Both the position numbers and the translations under genes were made by a program. A stretch of DNA of 64,000 nt from Solirubrobacterales bacterium (GTDB lineage: Bacteria > Actinomycetota > Thermoleophilia > Solirubrobacterales > 70-9), in assembly GCA_035693025.1 (NCBI GenBank), contig DASSHI010000038.1, positions 41,416 through 105,415 of the forward strand, written 5' to 3'. The notes beneath the pieces were generated by a model that worked only from the letters and a program-made list of their open reading frames with translations, was not told where the DNA came from and made no database searches. Shown here in pieces: positions 17,307 through 27,516 of the stretch. Numbering within the stretch: the first letter of the stretch is position 1; each line of letters starts with the position of its first letter.

Positions 17307-18521
17307 ATGCGCGCCCCTCTCGGTTCCCCTCGGTGGCTGCTGCCCCCGGCCGCCCTGCTGCTGCTCGTGCTCTGCCTCGTGGCAAGCGCGCCTGCCGACA
17401 CGCTGCAGGAAAAGCTCGATTCCACGCAGGGCAAGCTGAGCAAGGTGCGCGAAAGCCAGAGCGCTCTCTCGGCGACGATCGCCGAACAGAACCAGGCGAT
17501 CGACTCGATGCTCGGCGAAGTCTCCCGCCTGCGCCAGGAACAGCAGGCGTTGGAAGCCGAACTGACGAGCAAGCAGGATGAACTCGACAGCGCGACCGCC
17601 AAGCTCGAAGCAGAGCGACGGCACCTCGAAGAGGTCCGCGCACGGCTGCAGCGGGCGCTCGGCGTGCTGCGCGAACGGCTTGTCTCGATGTACGAGGCGG
17701 GCAGTCCCGACGTGGTCGACGTCGTGCTCGAATCGGCGACCTGGTCGCAGGCCAATGCCCGCGCCGAATACCTCAGCCGGGTCCAGGACTACGACGATTC
17801 CGTCGCCGATCGGGTCAAGGGCCTGCGCGACGAAGCGAAGGCCGCGGTCAAGCGCATGACGGCGATCCGCCTGCAGCTGAAGGAAGCGCGCGACGAGATC
17901 GCCGCCAAGGAGAAGGAAGCCGCGGCCGCCAGCGCCGAAGCCGCCTCTCGCTTCGCCGAGCTGAAGGAAGCCCAGGCGCAGCGCCAGGCGGATCTGGAAG
18001 CGCTCGAGTCGCGCGAAGCCGCGCTCAGCGACAACCTGGCGGCGATATCGGAACAGCTGGCCAGCTCAGGCTCGCCCGCGCCGACCGGCACGACGCCGGC
18101 TCCGCTCACCCCCGGACAGAGCGCCGAATACATCTCCGAAAGCCAGGCGAGCGTTCCCGCCAGCGCCCCGCCGGCGGTGCAGGGGGCTATCGAAGCCGCC
18201 AACTCGATCGCCACCACCCCCTATATCTGGGGGGGCGGGCACGGCTCCTTCGAATCCTCCGGCTACGACTGCTCGGGCGCGGTCAGCTTCGCCCTCAACG
18301 GCGGCGGCTTCCTCTCCAGCCCGCTCGACTCGACCGGGCTGGAGACCTGGGGCGAAGCCGGCCCCGGCCAGTGGATCACCGTCTACGCCAACGCCGAACA
18401 CGCCTGGATGATCATCGCCGGCCTTGCCTTCGACACCGTCGGCGGCCCCGGCCCGCGCTGGCATCCGGAACTGGTGGACTCGCCCGAAGGCTTCATCGCG
18501 CGGCATCCGAGCGGGTACTGA
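17307..18521 (+). CDS. Secreted coiled-coil NlpC/P60 peptidoglycan hydrolase (RipA-like)
   Basis: Signal peptide followed by about 230 aa of coiled coil. C-terminal PYIWGGGH...YDCSGAVSF catalytic Cys motif. Confidence 0.85.
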   Translation: MRAPLGSPRWLLPPAALLLLVLCLVASAPADTLQEKLDSTQGKLSKVRESQSALSATIAEQNQAIDSMLGEVSRLRQEQQALEAELTSKQDELDSATAKLEAERRHLEEVRARLQRALGVLRERLVSMYEAGSPDVVDVVLESATWSQANARAEYLSRVQDYDDSVADRVKGLRDEAKAAVKRMTAIRLQLKEARDEIAAKEKEAAAASAEAASRFAELKEAQAQRQADLEALESREAALSDNLAAISEQLASSGSPAPTGTTPAPLTPGQSAEYISESQASVPASAPPAVQGAIEAANSIATTPYIWGGGHGSFESSGYDCSGAVSFALNGGGFLSSPLDSTGLETWGEAGPGQWITVYANAEHAWMIIAGLAFDTVGGPGPRWHPELVDSPEGFIARHPSGY

Positions 18522-19152
18522 GCGCGGTCACGTAAGCGGGGCACTCGACGCCGTCGAGGAGGCGGTCGTCGGGCTGGGGAGGGCCGGCGGCGATCTGCAA
18601 GCCCACGGTTCCGGCCCAGACGGGGAGGGCGTAGTCGTCCTCGTCGTCGAGCGGGCCGCCGCTGCGGATCTTCGCCGAGGCCTCGGCGAGGGGGAGGCGG
18701 AGGACGGCGGTGCCCTTCAGCTCCTGGGCGGTGGGGAGGCGGGCGTCGCCCCAGCGGCCGGGGACCAGCTTTTCGGTGAAGGCCTCCAGAGCGAGGCGTT
18801 TGCCCTCCGCGCCGGCGACCTGCTCGGCCTGGCCGAAGACGACGACGGAGCGGTAGTTGACCGAGTGGTGGACGGCCGAGCGTGCCAGGACGAGCCCGTC
18901 GATCAGCGTCGCGGTGAGGCAGATCTCGGTTTGGCCGGCCCGGCGCAGGGTCGGGCTCGCGGCCGAGCCGTGGATGTAGAGCCACTCCCCGGCGCGGGCG
19001 TGGAGGGTGGGGATGACGACGGGGTGCCCGGCGGGTGCGACCGTGCCGACGTGGGAGACGATCGCCTCGTCGAGGATCGAGTCGGCGACCGCGCGCTCGT
19101 AGCTGGCGCGGCTGGGCATCCGCGTCACCTTGATTCTCTGCCTGGCGGCCAT
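18493..19152 (-). CDS. Pyridoxamine 5'-phosphate oxidase family (FMN-binding split barrel) protein
   Basis: The ATG at 19152 is preceded by AAGGGAGAG. The pattern SHVGTV...VVIPTLHARAGEWLYIHGS is typical of Pyridox_ox_2 proteins. Confidence 0.75.
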   Translation of the reverse strand: MAARQRIKVTRMPSRASYERAVADSILDEAIVSHVGTVAPAGHPVVIPTLHARAGEWLYIHGSAASPTLRRAGQTEICLTATLIDGLVLARSAVHHSVNYRSVVVFGQAEQVAGAEGKRLALEAFTEKLVPGRWGDARLPTAQELKGTAVLRLPLAEASAKIRSGGPLDDEDDYALPVWAGTVGLQIAAGPPQPDDRLLDGVECPAYVTALSTRSDAAR

Positions 19153-19196
19153 CGCTCTCCCTTTCAATCTGTTACAGTACAAATCTGTCTACTGAT

Positions 19197-20516
19197 CTGA
19201 CACAGTATCGAATAACCGGCGAGGGGGCGGCGGAGATCGCCGCCGGCATCGAGCGCGGGATCGAAGCGGGGGAGCTGCGCCCGGGCTCGTCGCTGCCCGC
19301 CGTTCGCTCGCTCGCCGCCGAGCTGGAGGTCAGCCCGACGACGGTCGCCGCCGCGTACAAGGACCTGCGTTCGCGCGGCCTCGTCGTCACCCGGGCGCGC
19401 AGCGGCGCCTTCGTCAGCTGGCGACCGCCCGTCGCCGGCGCATGGTCCGGTGCCGCCGCCTCTGCCGGCGCCCGCGACCTGGCGAGCGGCAACCCCGATC
19501 CGGAGCTGTTGCCCGACCTGGCGCCGGTGCTGCGCCGGATAGAGCCGCCGCGCCAGCTCTACGGTGGCGACCCTGCCGACCCGCGGTTGCTCGAGCTGGC
19601 GGGCGCGGAGCTCGAACGCGATGGGATTCCGGGCGACGACCTCGTCGTGGTCAGCGGCGCCCTCGACGGGATCGAGCGCGCCCTGGCGGCGCGACTCCGT
19701 CCGGGCGACGTGGTCGCGGTCGAAGACCCCGGCTTCGCCGGTCTCCTCCATCTCCTGCGCGCCAACGGCTACGCCCTGCGGCCGGTGGCCATCGACAGGC
19801 GGGGCATGACCCCTGTTGCGCTTGCCGAGGCGCTGGACGCCGGCGCAGCGGCGGTGGTCGTCAACCCCCGCGGCCAGAACCCGACCGGCGCCGCGTTGGA
19901 CGAGGAGCGGGCGAAGGCGCTGCGCGCGGTGCTCGATCGCCATCCCGACGCGATGCTGCTCGAGGACGATCACCTCGGCCCGATCGCCGGCGCCCCGCGC
20001 GTCACTCTCACCACCGGCCGGGGCAACTGGGCAGCCGCCCGCTCCCTCGCCAAGTCCCTCGGCCCCGACCTCCGCCTCGCCGTCCTGGCGGGCGACCCGC
20101 AGACGATCGCCCGCCTGCGCGGCCGCCAGGCCGTGGGTCCCGGCTGGGTCAGCCACCTCCTCCAGCGCATAGCCGCCGAGCTGATGGCGGATGGCGACGT
20201 CGCCGCACTGCTCGAGCGCGCCCAGGCGACCTACGCCGAGCGCCGCGAAGCACTCCTCGCCGCGCTGGCCGAGCGAGGCATAGCCGCCGAAGCCAGGAGC
20301 GGCCTGAACATCTGGATCCCCGTCCCCGACGAGACCAGCATCGTCCAAGCCCTCCAATCCAACGGCTGGGCAGTAATGCCCGGCGCCCCCTTCCGCCTCC
20401 AAGCCGATCCAGCCATCCGAGTAACCATCAGCTCTCTGAAGCCGGCCGAGGCGGAGTCGCTGGCTGGCGCCATAGCTGCGGCTCTAGAGCCCTCCGCACG
20501 CACCCGCGCCGCGTAG
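19197..20516 (+). CDS. MocR/PdxR-type GntR regulator with aminotransferase-like domain
   Basis: wHTH sequence LPAVRSLAAELEVSPTTVAAAYKDLRSRGLV followed by a fold-type-I aminotransferase domain. The wHTH lies upstream of the first canonical start (19509), so the start (CTG 19197 or ATA 19212) is uncertain. Confidence 0.8.
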   Translation: MTQYRITGEGAAEIAAGIERGIEAGELRPGSSLPAVRSLAAELEVSPTTVAAAYKDLRSRGLVVTRARSGAFVSWRPPVAGAWSGAAASAGARDLASGNPDPELLPDLAPVLRRIEPPRQLYGGDPADPRLLELAGAELERDGIPGDDLVVVSGALDGIERALAARLRPGDVVAVEDPGFAGLLHLLRANGYALRPVAIDRRGMTPVALAEALDAGAAAVVVNPRGQNPTGAALDEERAKALRAVLDRHPDAMLLEDDHLGPIAGAPRVTLTTGRGNWAAARSLAKSLGPDLRLAVLAGDPQTIARLRGRQAVGPGWVSHLLQRIAAELMADGDVAALLERAQATYAERREALLAALAERGIAAEARSGLNIWIPVPDETSIVQALQSNGWAVMPGAPFRLQADPAIRVTISSLKPAEAESLAGAIAAALEPSARTRAA

Positions 20517-20537
20517 TCCCTTCCCAGCCGCTTCGAA

Positions 20538-20650
20538 GAGGGCATCCCGGCAGGGGTGGAACGTCTTGTACTTTTTTGTTGAGCGCGGGGGGCGCCAGCT
20601 GATCCCAAATCATCAAAAAAGTTAAGTGGAACCCCTGCCGGGATGCCCTC
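20538..20650. repeat. Palindromic ~115-nt intergenic element, copy 2
   Basis: Perfect 20/20 inverted repeat GAGGGCATCCCGGCAGGGGT / ACCCCTGCCGGGATGCCCTC. Same core as copies 1 and 3. Confidence 0.85.
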
Positions 20651-20652
20651 CC

Positions 20653-20675
20653 GAAACCCCTACCGGGATCGGCCC
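20653..20675. repeat. Solo arm fragment of the palindromic element
   Basis: GAAACCCCTACCGGGATCGGCCC is the reverse complement of the copy-3 left arm (GGGCCGATCCCGGTAGGGGT, 20/20). Confidence 0.75.
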
Positions 20676-20685
20676 TTCGCAAACC

Positions 20686-22074
20686 TCAGGCGACGCCGCC
20701 GCCGGTCTCGACAGGCCTTCCTTCGTCCTTCCAAGTCCCCACCCCGCCGTAGGCGACGTGGATCGTCTCGAACCCCTCGCGCTGCAACACAGAAGCCGCC
20801 AGCCCACTCCGTTTGCCCCCCTTGCAGATCGTCGCCAGCGCCCGGTCCCGCGGCAGCTCGTCCAGCCGCCGCGCCAGCTCGCCGTAGGGGATGTGGAGCG
20901 AGCCCTCGATGTGGCACTCGGCGTACTCGTCTGCTCTGCGCACGTCGAGCACGAGGGGCGATGCCTCGTCCTCGAGCAGTGCCGCCAGCTTGCCGGGCCC
21001 GATCGGCTCGATCCGCGCCACGGGGCGCTCCTCGGCCCGCCAGGCGCTCATCCCGCCCGCGAGGAAGCCGCCCACCTTCAGCCCGACCGCGGCGAGCAGC
21101 TCAGCGGCTTCGAGCTCGTTGCCGTCCGAGGCGGCGACGACCACGACCTCGCCCTCGGGCGGGACGACCTGCGCCACCTTGGTCGCGAAGCCGGTGTCAT
21201 AGCCGGAGGCGCTGATCGCGCCGGGGATGTGGGCCTCGTCGAACTGCTCGTTGGTGCGCGAGTCGACCGCGTAGGCGCCGGCAGCGATCGCCGCCTCGAA
21301 GCGGCGCGGGGTCAGCGAGGTCGGCGAGCCGATCGACTCGACCAACGGTCCGCGGTTGAGCGAGACGATGTGCTCGACGTTCGGCGGGCGCTCGCCGATG
21401 CTGGCGACCGCGTCTTCGACGAACTCGGCCTCGTCGGTCAGCGCCAGCGCCGGGTTGTGGCGGCGCTCGAAGCCGATCGTCGAGGAGGTCTTGAGATCGA
21501 TGCCGGAGCTGCCGCAGAGCGAGCCGCCCAGGTGCCCCGGCCAGACCTCGACCTCGTCGGGCAGCGAGAGCAGCCGCTCGTGCAGGGAGCGGAAGATCCC
21601 GGCGGCGCCCTCGCGCGGCTCGACCGCGAGGTCGGGTCGGGCGACGTCGCCGACGAAGAGGCAGTCGCCGCTCAGCACCGCCACGGGGTCGCCGCCGCGG
21701 CCGGCGTCGCGCAGCAGGAAGGAGGTGTGCTCGGGTCGGTGCCCGGGCGTGTGGATCGCCTCGATCGAGACCCCGCCCAGCTCCAGCGTCCAGCCGTCGG
21801 CGATCGGATCGTGCTCGTACTCGGCCTCGGCCAGCCGGCTGATGTGGATCGTCGCCCCGCTCGCCCGGGCGAGACGGCCGTGGCCGGAGACGTGGTCGGC
21901 GTGGTTGTGCGTCTCCAGCACGTGTTCGATCCGCACTCCGTGCAGGCGCGCGAGCTGCAGGTAGGGGTCGATGCCCCACTTGGGGTCGATCACGGCGGCC
22001 GCTCCCGAACCCGGGTCGCCGACGAGGTAGGAGGCGCAACCGAGATCCTCATGGATGATTTGCCGGAAGAGCAT
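20686..22074 (-). CDS. MBL-fold persulfide dioxygenase-like protein fused to two rhodanese domains
   Basis: HNHADHVSG metal motif. Rhodanese active-site loop CKGGKRSG. The start at MLFRQI (22074) is preferred over TTG 22101. Confidence 0.85.
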   Translation of the reverse strand: MLFRQIIHEDLGCASYLVGDPGSGAAAVIDPKWGIDPYLQLARLHGVRIEHVLETHNHADHVSGHGRLARASGATIHISRLAEAEYEHDPIADGWTLELGGVSIEAIHTPGHRPEHTSFLLRDAGRGGDPVAVLSGDCLFVGDVARPDLAVEPREGAAGIFRSLHERLLSLPDEVEVWPGHLGGSLCGSSGIDLKTSSTIGFERRHNPALALTDEAEFVEDAVASIGERPPNVEHIVSLNRGPLVESIGSPTSLTPRRFEAAIAAGAYAVDSRTNEQFDEAHIPGAISASGYDTGFATKVAQVVPPEGEVVVVAASDGNELEAAELLAAVGLKVGGFLAGGMSAWRAEERPVARIEPIGPGKLAALLEDEASPLVLDVRRADEYAECHIEGSLHIPYGELARRLDELPRDRALATICKGGKRSGLAASVLQREGFETIHVAYGGVGTWKDEGRPVETGGGVA

Positions 22075-22172
22075 GGAAAGCAGGCTAGCCGGGTAGCTCA
22101 ACGGATGTGTGAAAGAGCGCGCTGGCGGGTAGCTCTGCGCGTGCGGGAGCGCGCCTCGACAAAGGAGGCATC

Positions 22173-22826
22173 ATGGAGTCTGCATCCGTTCCGGGTAAGG
22201 ATCCGACTAGAGGGGAGACGGCTCGGGCTGGTGGCGCCGCACAGGTGCTGCGCGAGGGTTGGACCCCCGCCGACCCTGGTCCACTCGGCCTCGCCGCCTT
22301 CGCGCTGACGACCTTCCTCCTCAGCATGTTCAACGCGGGGCTGGTCAGCAGTTCAGGCGAGCCGGTAGTGCTGGCTGTCGCGCTCGGCTACGGCGGCATC
22401 GCCCAACTGCTCGCCGGGATGTGGGAGTTCCGCACCGGCAACACGTTCGGCGCGGTCGCGTTCACGTCGTATGGCGCCTTCTGGCTCTCCTTCTGGGCGC
22501 TGGTCGCCTTCTACGCAGGTGACATTCCCCCGGCGCATGCCGGCGACGCGATCGGCCTCTACCTGATCGCCTGGGGCATCTTCACCAGCTACATGTTCAT
22601 CGCCTCGCTGCGCACCACTGCGGCGATCGCGCTGGTCTTCATCCTCCTCGCCGTGACCTACATCGTGCTCGGCATCGGCAACGCCGGCGAAAACGAAAGC
22701 CTGGTCGAAATCGGGGGCTGGATCGGACTGGCGACGGCCGCTGCCGCCTGGTATGCCTCTTTTGCGGCGGTGACCAACTCGACCTTCGGACGGACGGTGC
22801 TGCCGGTCCGCCCGCTCGGTCGCTGA
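22173..22826 (+). CDS. satP: GPR1/FUN34/YaaH family acetate (succinate-acetate) channel
   Basis: DPGPLGLAAFALTTF and NTFGAVAFTSYGAFW signatures. Six TM segments. Directly upstream of acs. Confidence 0.8.
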   Translation: MESASVPGKDPTRGETARAGGAAQVLREGWTPADPGPLGLAAFALTTFLLSMFNAGLVSSSGEPVVLAVALGYGGIAQLLAGMWEFRTGNTFGAVAFTSYGAFWLSFWALVAFYAGDIPPAHAGDAIGLYLIAWGIFTSYMFIASLRTTAAIALVFILLAVTYIVLGIGNAGENESLVEIGGWIGLATAAAAWYASFAAVTNSTFGRTVLPVRPLGR

Positions 22827-22841
22827 CGAGGAGGGAGCAAG

Positions 22842-24827
<1,986 letters not shown>

Positions 24828-24830
24828 GCG

Positions 24831-25655
24831 TCAAACCGAGCCGCGCTCGTCGGCGATCTTTTCGACCGCCACCTCGAGCGCCTGCAGCTGTTCGCGCACG
24901 TTTTTCAGCTCGCGCAGCGCCACCGCCTCGGCGGAGAGCTGCTCGGCCTCGAGCTCTTCCTCCACCTCGACGATCTCGGGGCCGAGGAAGCGCTGGGCGA
25001 CCGAGCCGGTGAGCAGGGCGACGAAGGAGATGCCGACGAGGACGACGATCACGGAGACGATCTCGCCGCCGGTCGTCGTCGGGTAGATGTTCGAGCCGAG
25101 CGTCGTCATCGAGGTCACGGCCCAGTAGACCCCGTCCCAGGCGTTGAGGTGCTGGTTCTGCTTCTCGAAGCCGACGAAGAGCGCGCCGCCCGCGAGCGCG
25201 GTCAGGATCGCCAGCAGGGCCGCGTAGTGGAGGCCGCGCAGCGAGAAGACCTGGCGCGAGAGCTGGGCGAGGCGCAGCAGCCGCAGCAGCCGCAGCAGGC
25301 GCAGGACGCGCAGGCTCTGAAGCCCCGGCGGCAGGACCGGCGGGGTGAAGACGACGATGATCAGGTCGAGCGGGTGGTGCTTGAGCCAGGTCCCGCGGCT
25401 GGGAACCACCGCCAGCATCACCACCAGCTCGACCAGGAAGGCGAGCCAGATCACCCAGTTGAGCGTGCGCGCGACGTCCTCCAGCAGGCCGCCCGGGTGG
25501 GACTCGTTGATCGCGACGGCGGGGATCGTCAGCGCCGCGGCGATCAGCATCGGCGGGTTGAGGAGTTCGGCCACGCGAGTGCTGCGCGCGTCCATCCCCG
25601 GCTCGTAGCCGAGCGGTTGCTCGCCGTCCTGTCGTAGCTCCGTCTGAGCGCTCAT
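24831..25655 (-). CDS. Voltage-sensor-containing cation channel (ion_trans family) with atypical pore
   Basis: S4-like LRVLRLLRLLRLLRLAQLSR. The pore region WAVTSMTTLGSNIYPTT lacks GYG. C-terminal coiled coil. Confidence 0.75.
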   Translation of the reverse strand: MSAQTELRQDGEQPLGYEPGMDARSTRVAELLNPPMLIAAALTIPAVAINESHPGGLLEDVARTLNWVIWLAFLVELVVMLAVVPSRGTWLKHHPLDLIIVVFTPPVLPPGLQSLRVLRLLRLLRLLRLAQLSRQVFSLRGLHYAALLAILTALAGGALFVGFEKQNQHLNAWDGVYWAVTSMTTLGSNIYPTTTGGEIVSVIVVLVGISFVALLTGSVAQRFLGPEIVEVEEELEAEQLSAEAVALRELKNVREQLQALEVAVEKIADERGSV

Positions 25656-25734
25656 CCGCGCCTACTTCGACGCGCCCGGCCGCGTGCCTACCCGCGCAGG
25701 ATCGCTTCCACCCCCTTGGGGGGGCACCGGAAGA

Positions 25735-25749
25735 TAGTTTGCTAAACTA
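25735..25749. promoter_or_regulatory. Palindromic operator candidate upstream of marR-MFS
   Basis: TAGTTT-GCT-AAACTA perfect half-sites in an AT-rich patch, 14 nt upstream of the MarR ATG. Confidence 0.4.
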
Positions 25750-25762
25750 ATTACTAAGGCTA

Positions 25763-26236
25763 ATGACTTTGGCGACCGACGATACGAGCCTCATCGCCAC
25801 CGCGGCTCGGCTGCGGATGGCGATCGTGCGAGCCTCGCGGCGGCTTCGCCAGGAGGCGGCGGGGGTGGGGCAGCTGACGCCGACCTCGGCGGCGGCGCTG
25901 GCGACGGTCGAGCGGCACGGGCCGCTGACCCCGAGCGAGCTGGCCGAGATCGAGCGGGTCAAGCGGCCCACCGCGACCCGGACCCTGGGAGTGCTGGGGG
26001 AGGCGGGCCTGGTCGAACGGGCGCCGGACCCAGCCGACGGCCGCAGCGCCCTGGTCAGCGTCACCGCCGAGGGTCGCGAGCGCCTGCGCCGCCTGCGCGG
26101 CCGCAAGAATGCCTACCTGGCGCGTCGCATGCGCGACTTGCCGGACGAGGACGTCGCCACCCTCGACCGTGCCGCGGCGATCCTCGAGCGGGTGCTCGAG
26201 GAGGAGCGGCCGGCGAAGCGCGGGGTGCGGAGTTGA
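25763..26236 (+). CDS. MarR family transcriptional regulator
   Basis: wHTH sequence LTPSELAEIERVKRPTATRTLGVLGEAGLVER..DPADGRSALVSVT. Confidence 0.85.
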   Translation: MTLATDDTSLIATAARLRMAIVRASRRLRQEAAGVGQLTPTSAAALATVERHGPLTPSELAEIERVKRPTATRTLGVLGEAGLVERAPDPADGRSALVSVTAEGRERLRRLRGRKNAYLARRMRDLPDEDVATLDRAAAILERVLEEERPAKRGVRS

Positions 26237-27516
26237 GCGCCGCCGTGCGGCGCAGCTTCGACTCCCTCTCGGTCGGCAACTACCGCCGCTACTTCTTCGG
26301 CCAGCTCGTCTCCCTCTCGGGCAACTGGGCGCAGATGGTCGCGTCGGTCTGGCTCGTCCTCAGCCTCACCCACAGCGGCTTCGCGGTCGGCCTCACGACC
26401 GCGCTGCAGTTCGTGCCGATGTTGGCGATCGGCGCCTGGGGCGGCCTGCTCGCCGATCGCTTCGACAAGCGCCGGCTGCTGATCGTCACCCAGCTGCTGA
26501 TGGCGCTGCCCGCGGTCGGCCTGCTGGCGGTCAGCGCGGCCGGGATCGTCACGCCGTGGATGGTCTACCTCGCCGCCTTCTCCCGCGGCGCGGTCAACGC
26601 GGTCGACAACCCGACCCGGCAGAGCTTCGTCATCGAGATGGTCGGCTCCGATCGGGTGGTCAACGCGGTCAGCCTCAACAGCGTGCTGGTGCAGGCGGCG
26701 CGGATCGTCGGCCCGGCGCTGGCCGGGGTGCTGATCGCGACGCTCGGCGTCGTCCCCTGCTTCGCCGTCAACATCGCCAGCTTCGGCGCGATGATCCTCG
26801 CCCTCTGGGGCATGGACACGAGCCGCCTCTCCGCCGCGCCGAGCAGCGGCCGCGAGCCCGGTGCGATCCGTGCCGGGCTGCGCTACGTGCGCCGCACGCC
26901 GGAGCTGGCGATTCCACTGGCGCTGATGGCGCTGGTCGGCACCTTCGGCTTCAACTTCCAGGTCGTGATTCCGTTGCTGGCGACCTTCAGCTTCGACGGC
27001 GGCGCGAGCGCCTACGCCGTGCTGGTCTCGGCGATGGGCGTCGGCTCGGTGATCGGCGCCCTGATCACGGGCTCGCACGGCCGCACCGGCCCGCGCCTGA
27101 TCGCCGGCGCCGCGCTCGCCTTCGGGGCGACGGCGCTGCTCGCCGCGGCGATGCCCTCGCTGGCGCTGGAGATCCCGATGCTGGCGCTGCTCGGCGCCGC
27201 CGCGGTCACCTTTGCGGCGACGATCAACTCGACCCTGCAGCTGGCGGTCGAGCCGGCGATGCGGGGGCGCGTGATGGCCCTCTACTCGGTCGTCTTCCTC
27301 GGCTCGACGCCGATCGGCGGCCCGCTCAGCGGCTGGCTCTCCGAAGCCTACGACCCGCGCGTGGCGCTGCTGCTCGCCGCGATCGCCGGCCTTTCTGCCG
27401 CTTGGGCCGCCCGCGTCGCCTTCAGGCGGATGGAGACGAGGGCCGTAGAGGTTTGGTGCGCTGAGCGAACCGAACCTCTACGGCGGTCCTCGCCAAGGGA
27501 ACGTCAGCCGGTGTAG
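26233..27516 (+). CDS. MFS transporter (MFS_3/enterobactin-exporter-like)
   Basis: 4-nt overlap with marR. 12 TM segments. N-terminus NYRRYFFGQLVSLSGNWAQ. Confidence 0.8.
   Translation: MSAAVRRSFDSLSVGNYRRYFFGQLVSLSGNWAQMVASVWLVLSLTHSGFAVGLTTALQFVPMLAIGAWGGLLADRFDKRRLLIVTQLLMALPAVGLLAVSAAGIVTPWMVYLAAFSRGAVNAVDNPTRQSFVIEMVGSDRVVNAVSLNSVLVQAARIVGPALAGVLIATLGVVPCFAVNIASFGAMILALWGMDTSRLSAAPSSGREPGAIRAGLRYVRRTPELAIPLALMALVGTFGFNFQVVIPLLATFSFDGGASAYAVLVSAMGVGSVIGALITGSHGRTGPRLIAGAALAFGATALLAAAMPSLALEIPMLALLGAAAVTFAATINSTLQLAVEPAMRGRVMALYSVVFLGSTPIGGPLSGWLSEAYDPRVALLLAAIAGLSAAWAARVAFRRMETRAVEVWCAERTEPLRRSSPRERQPV
27443..27483. repeat. Short hairpin repeat (REP-like), copy A
   Basis: CCGTAGAGGTTTGGT-loop-ACCGAACCTCTACGG. 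A near-identical element lies at 33271-33311. Confidence 0.6.
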
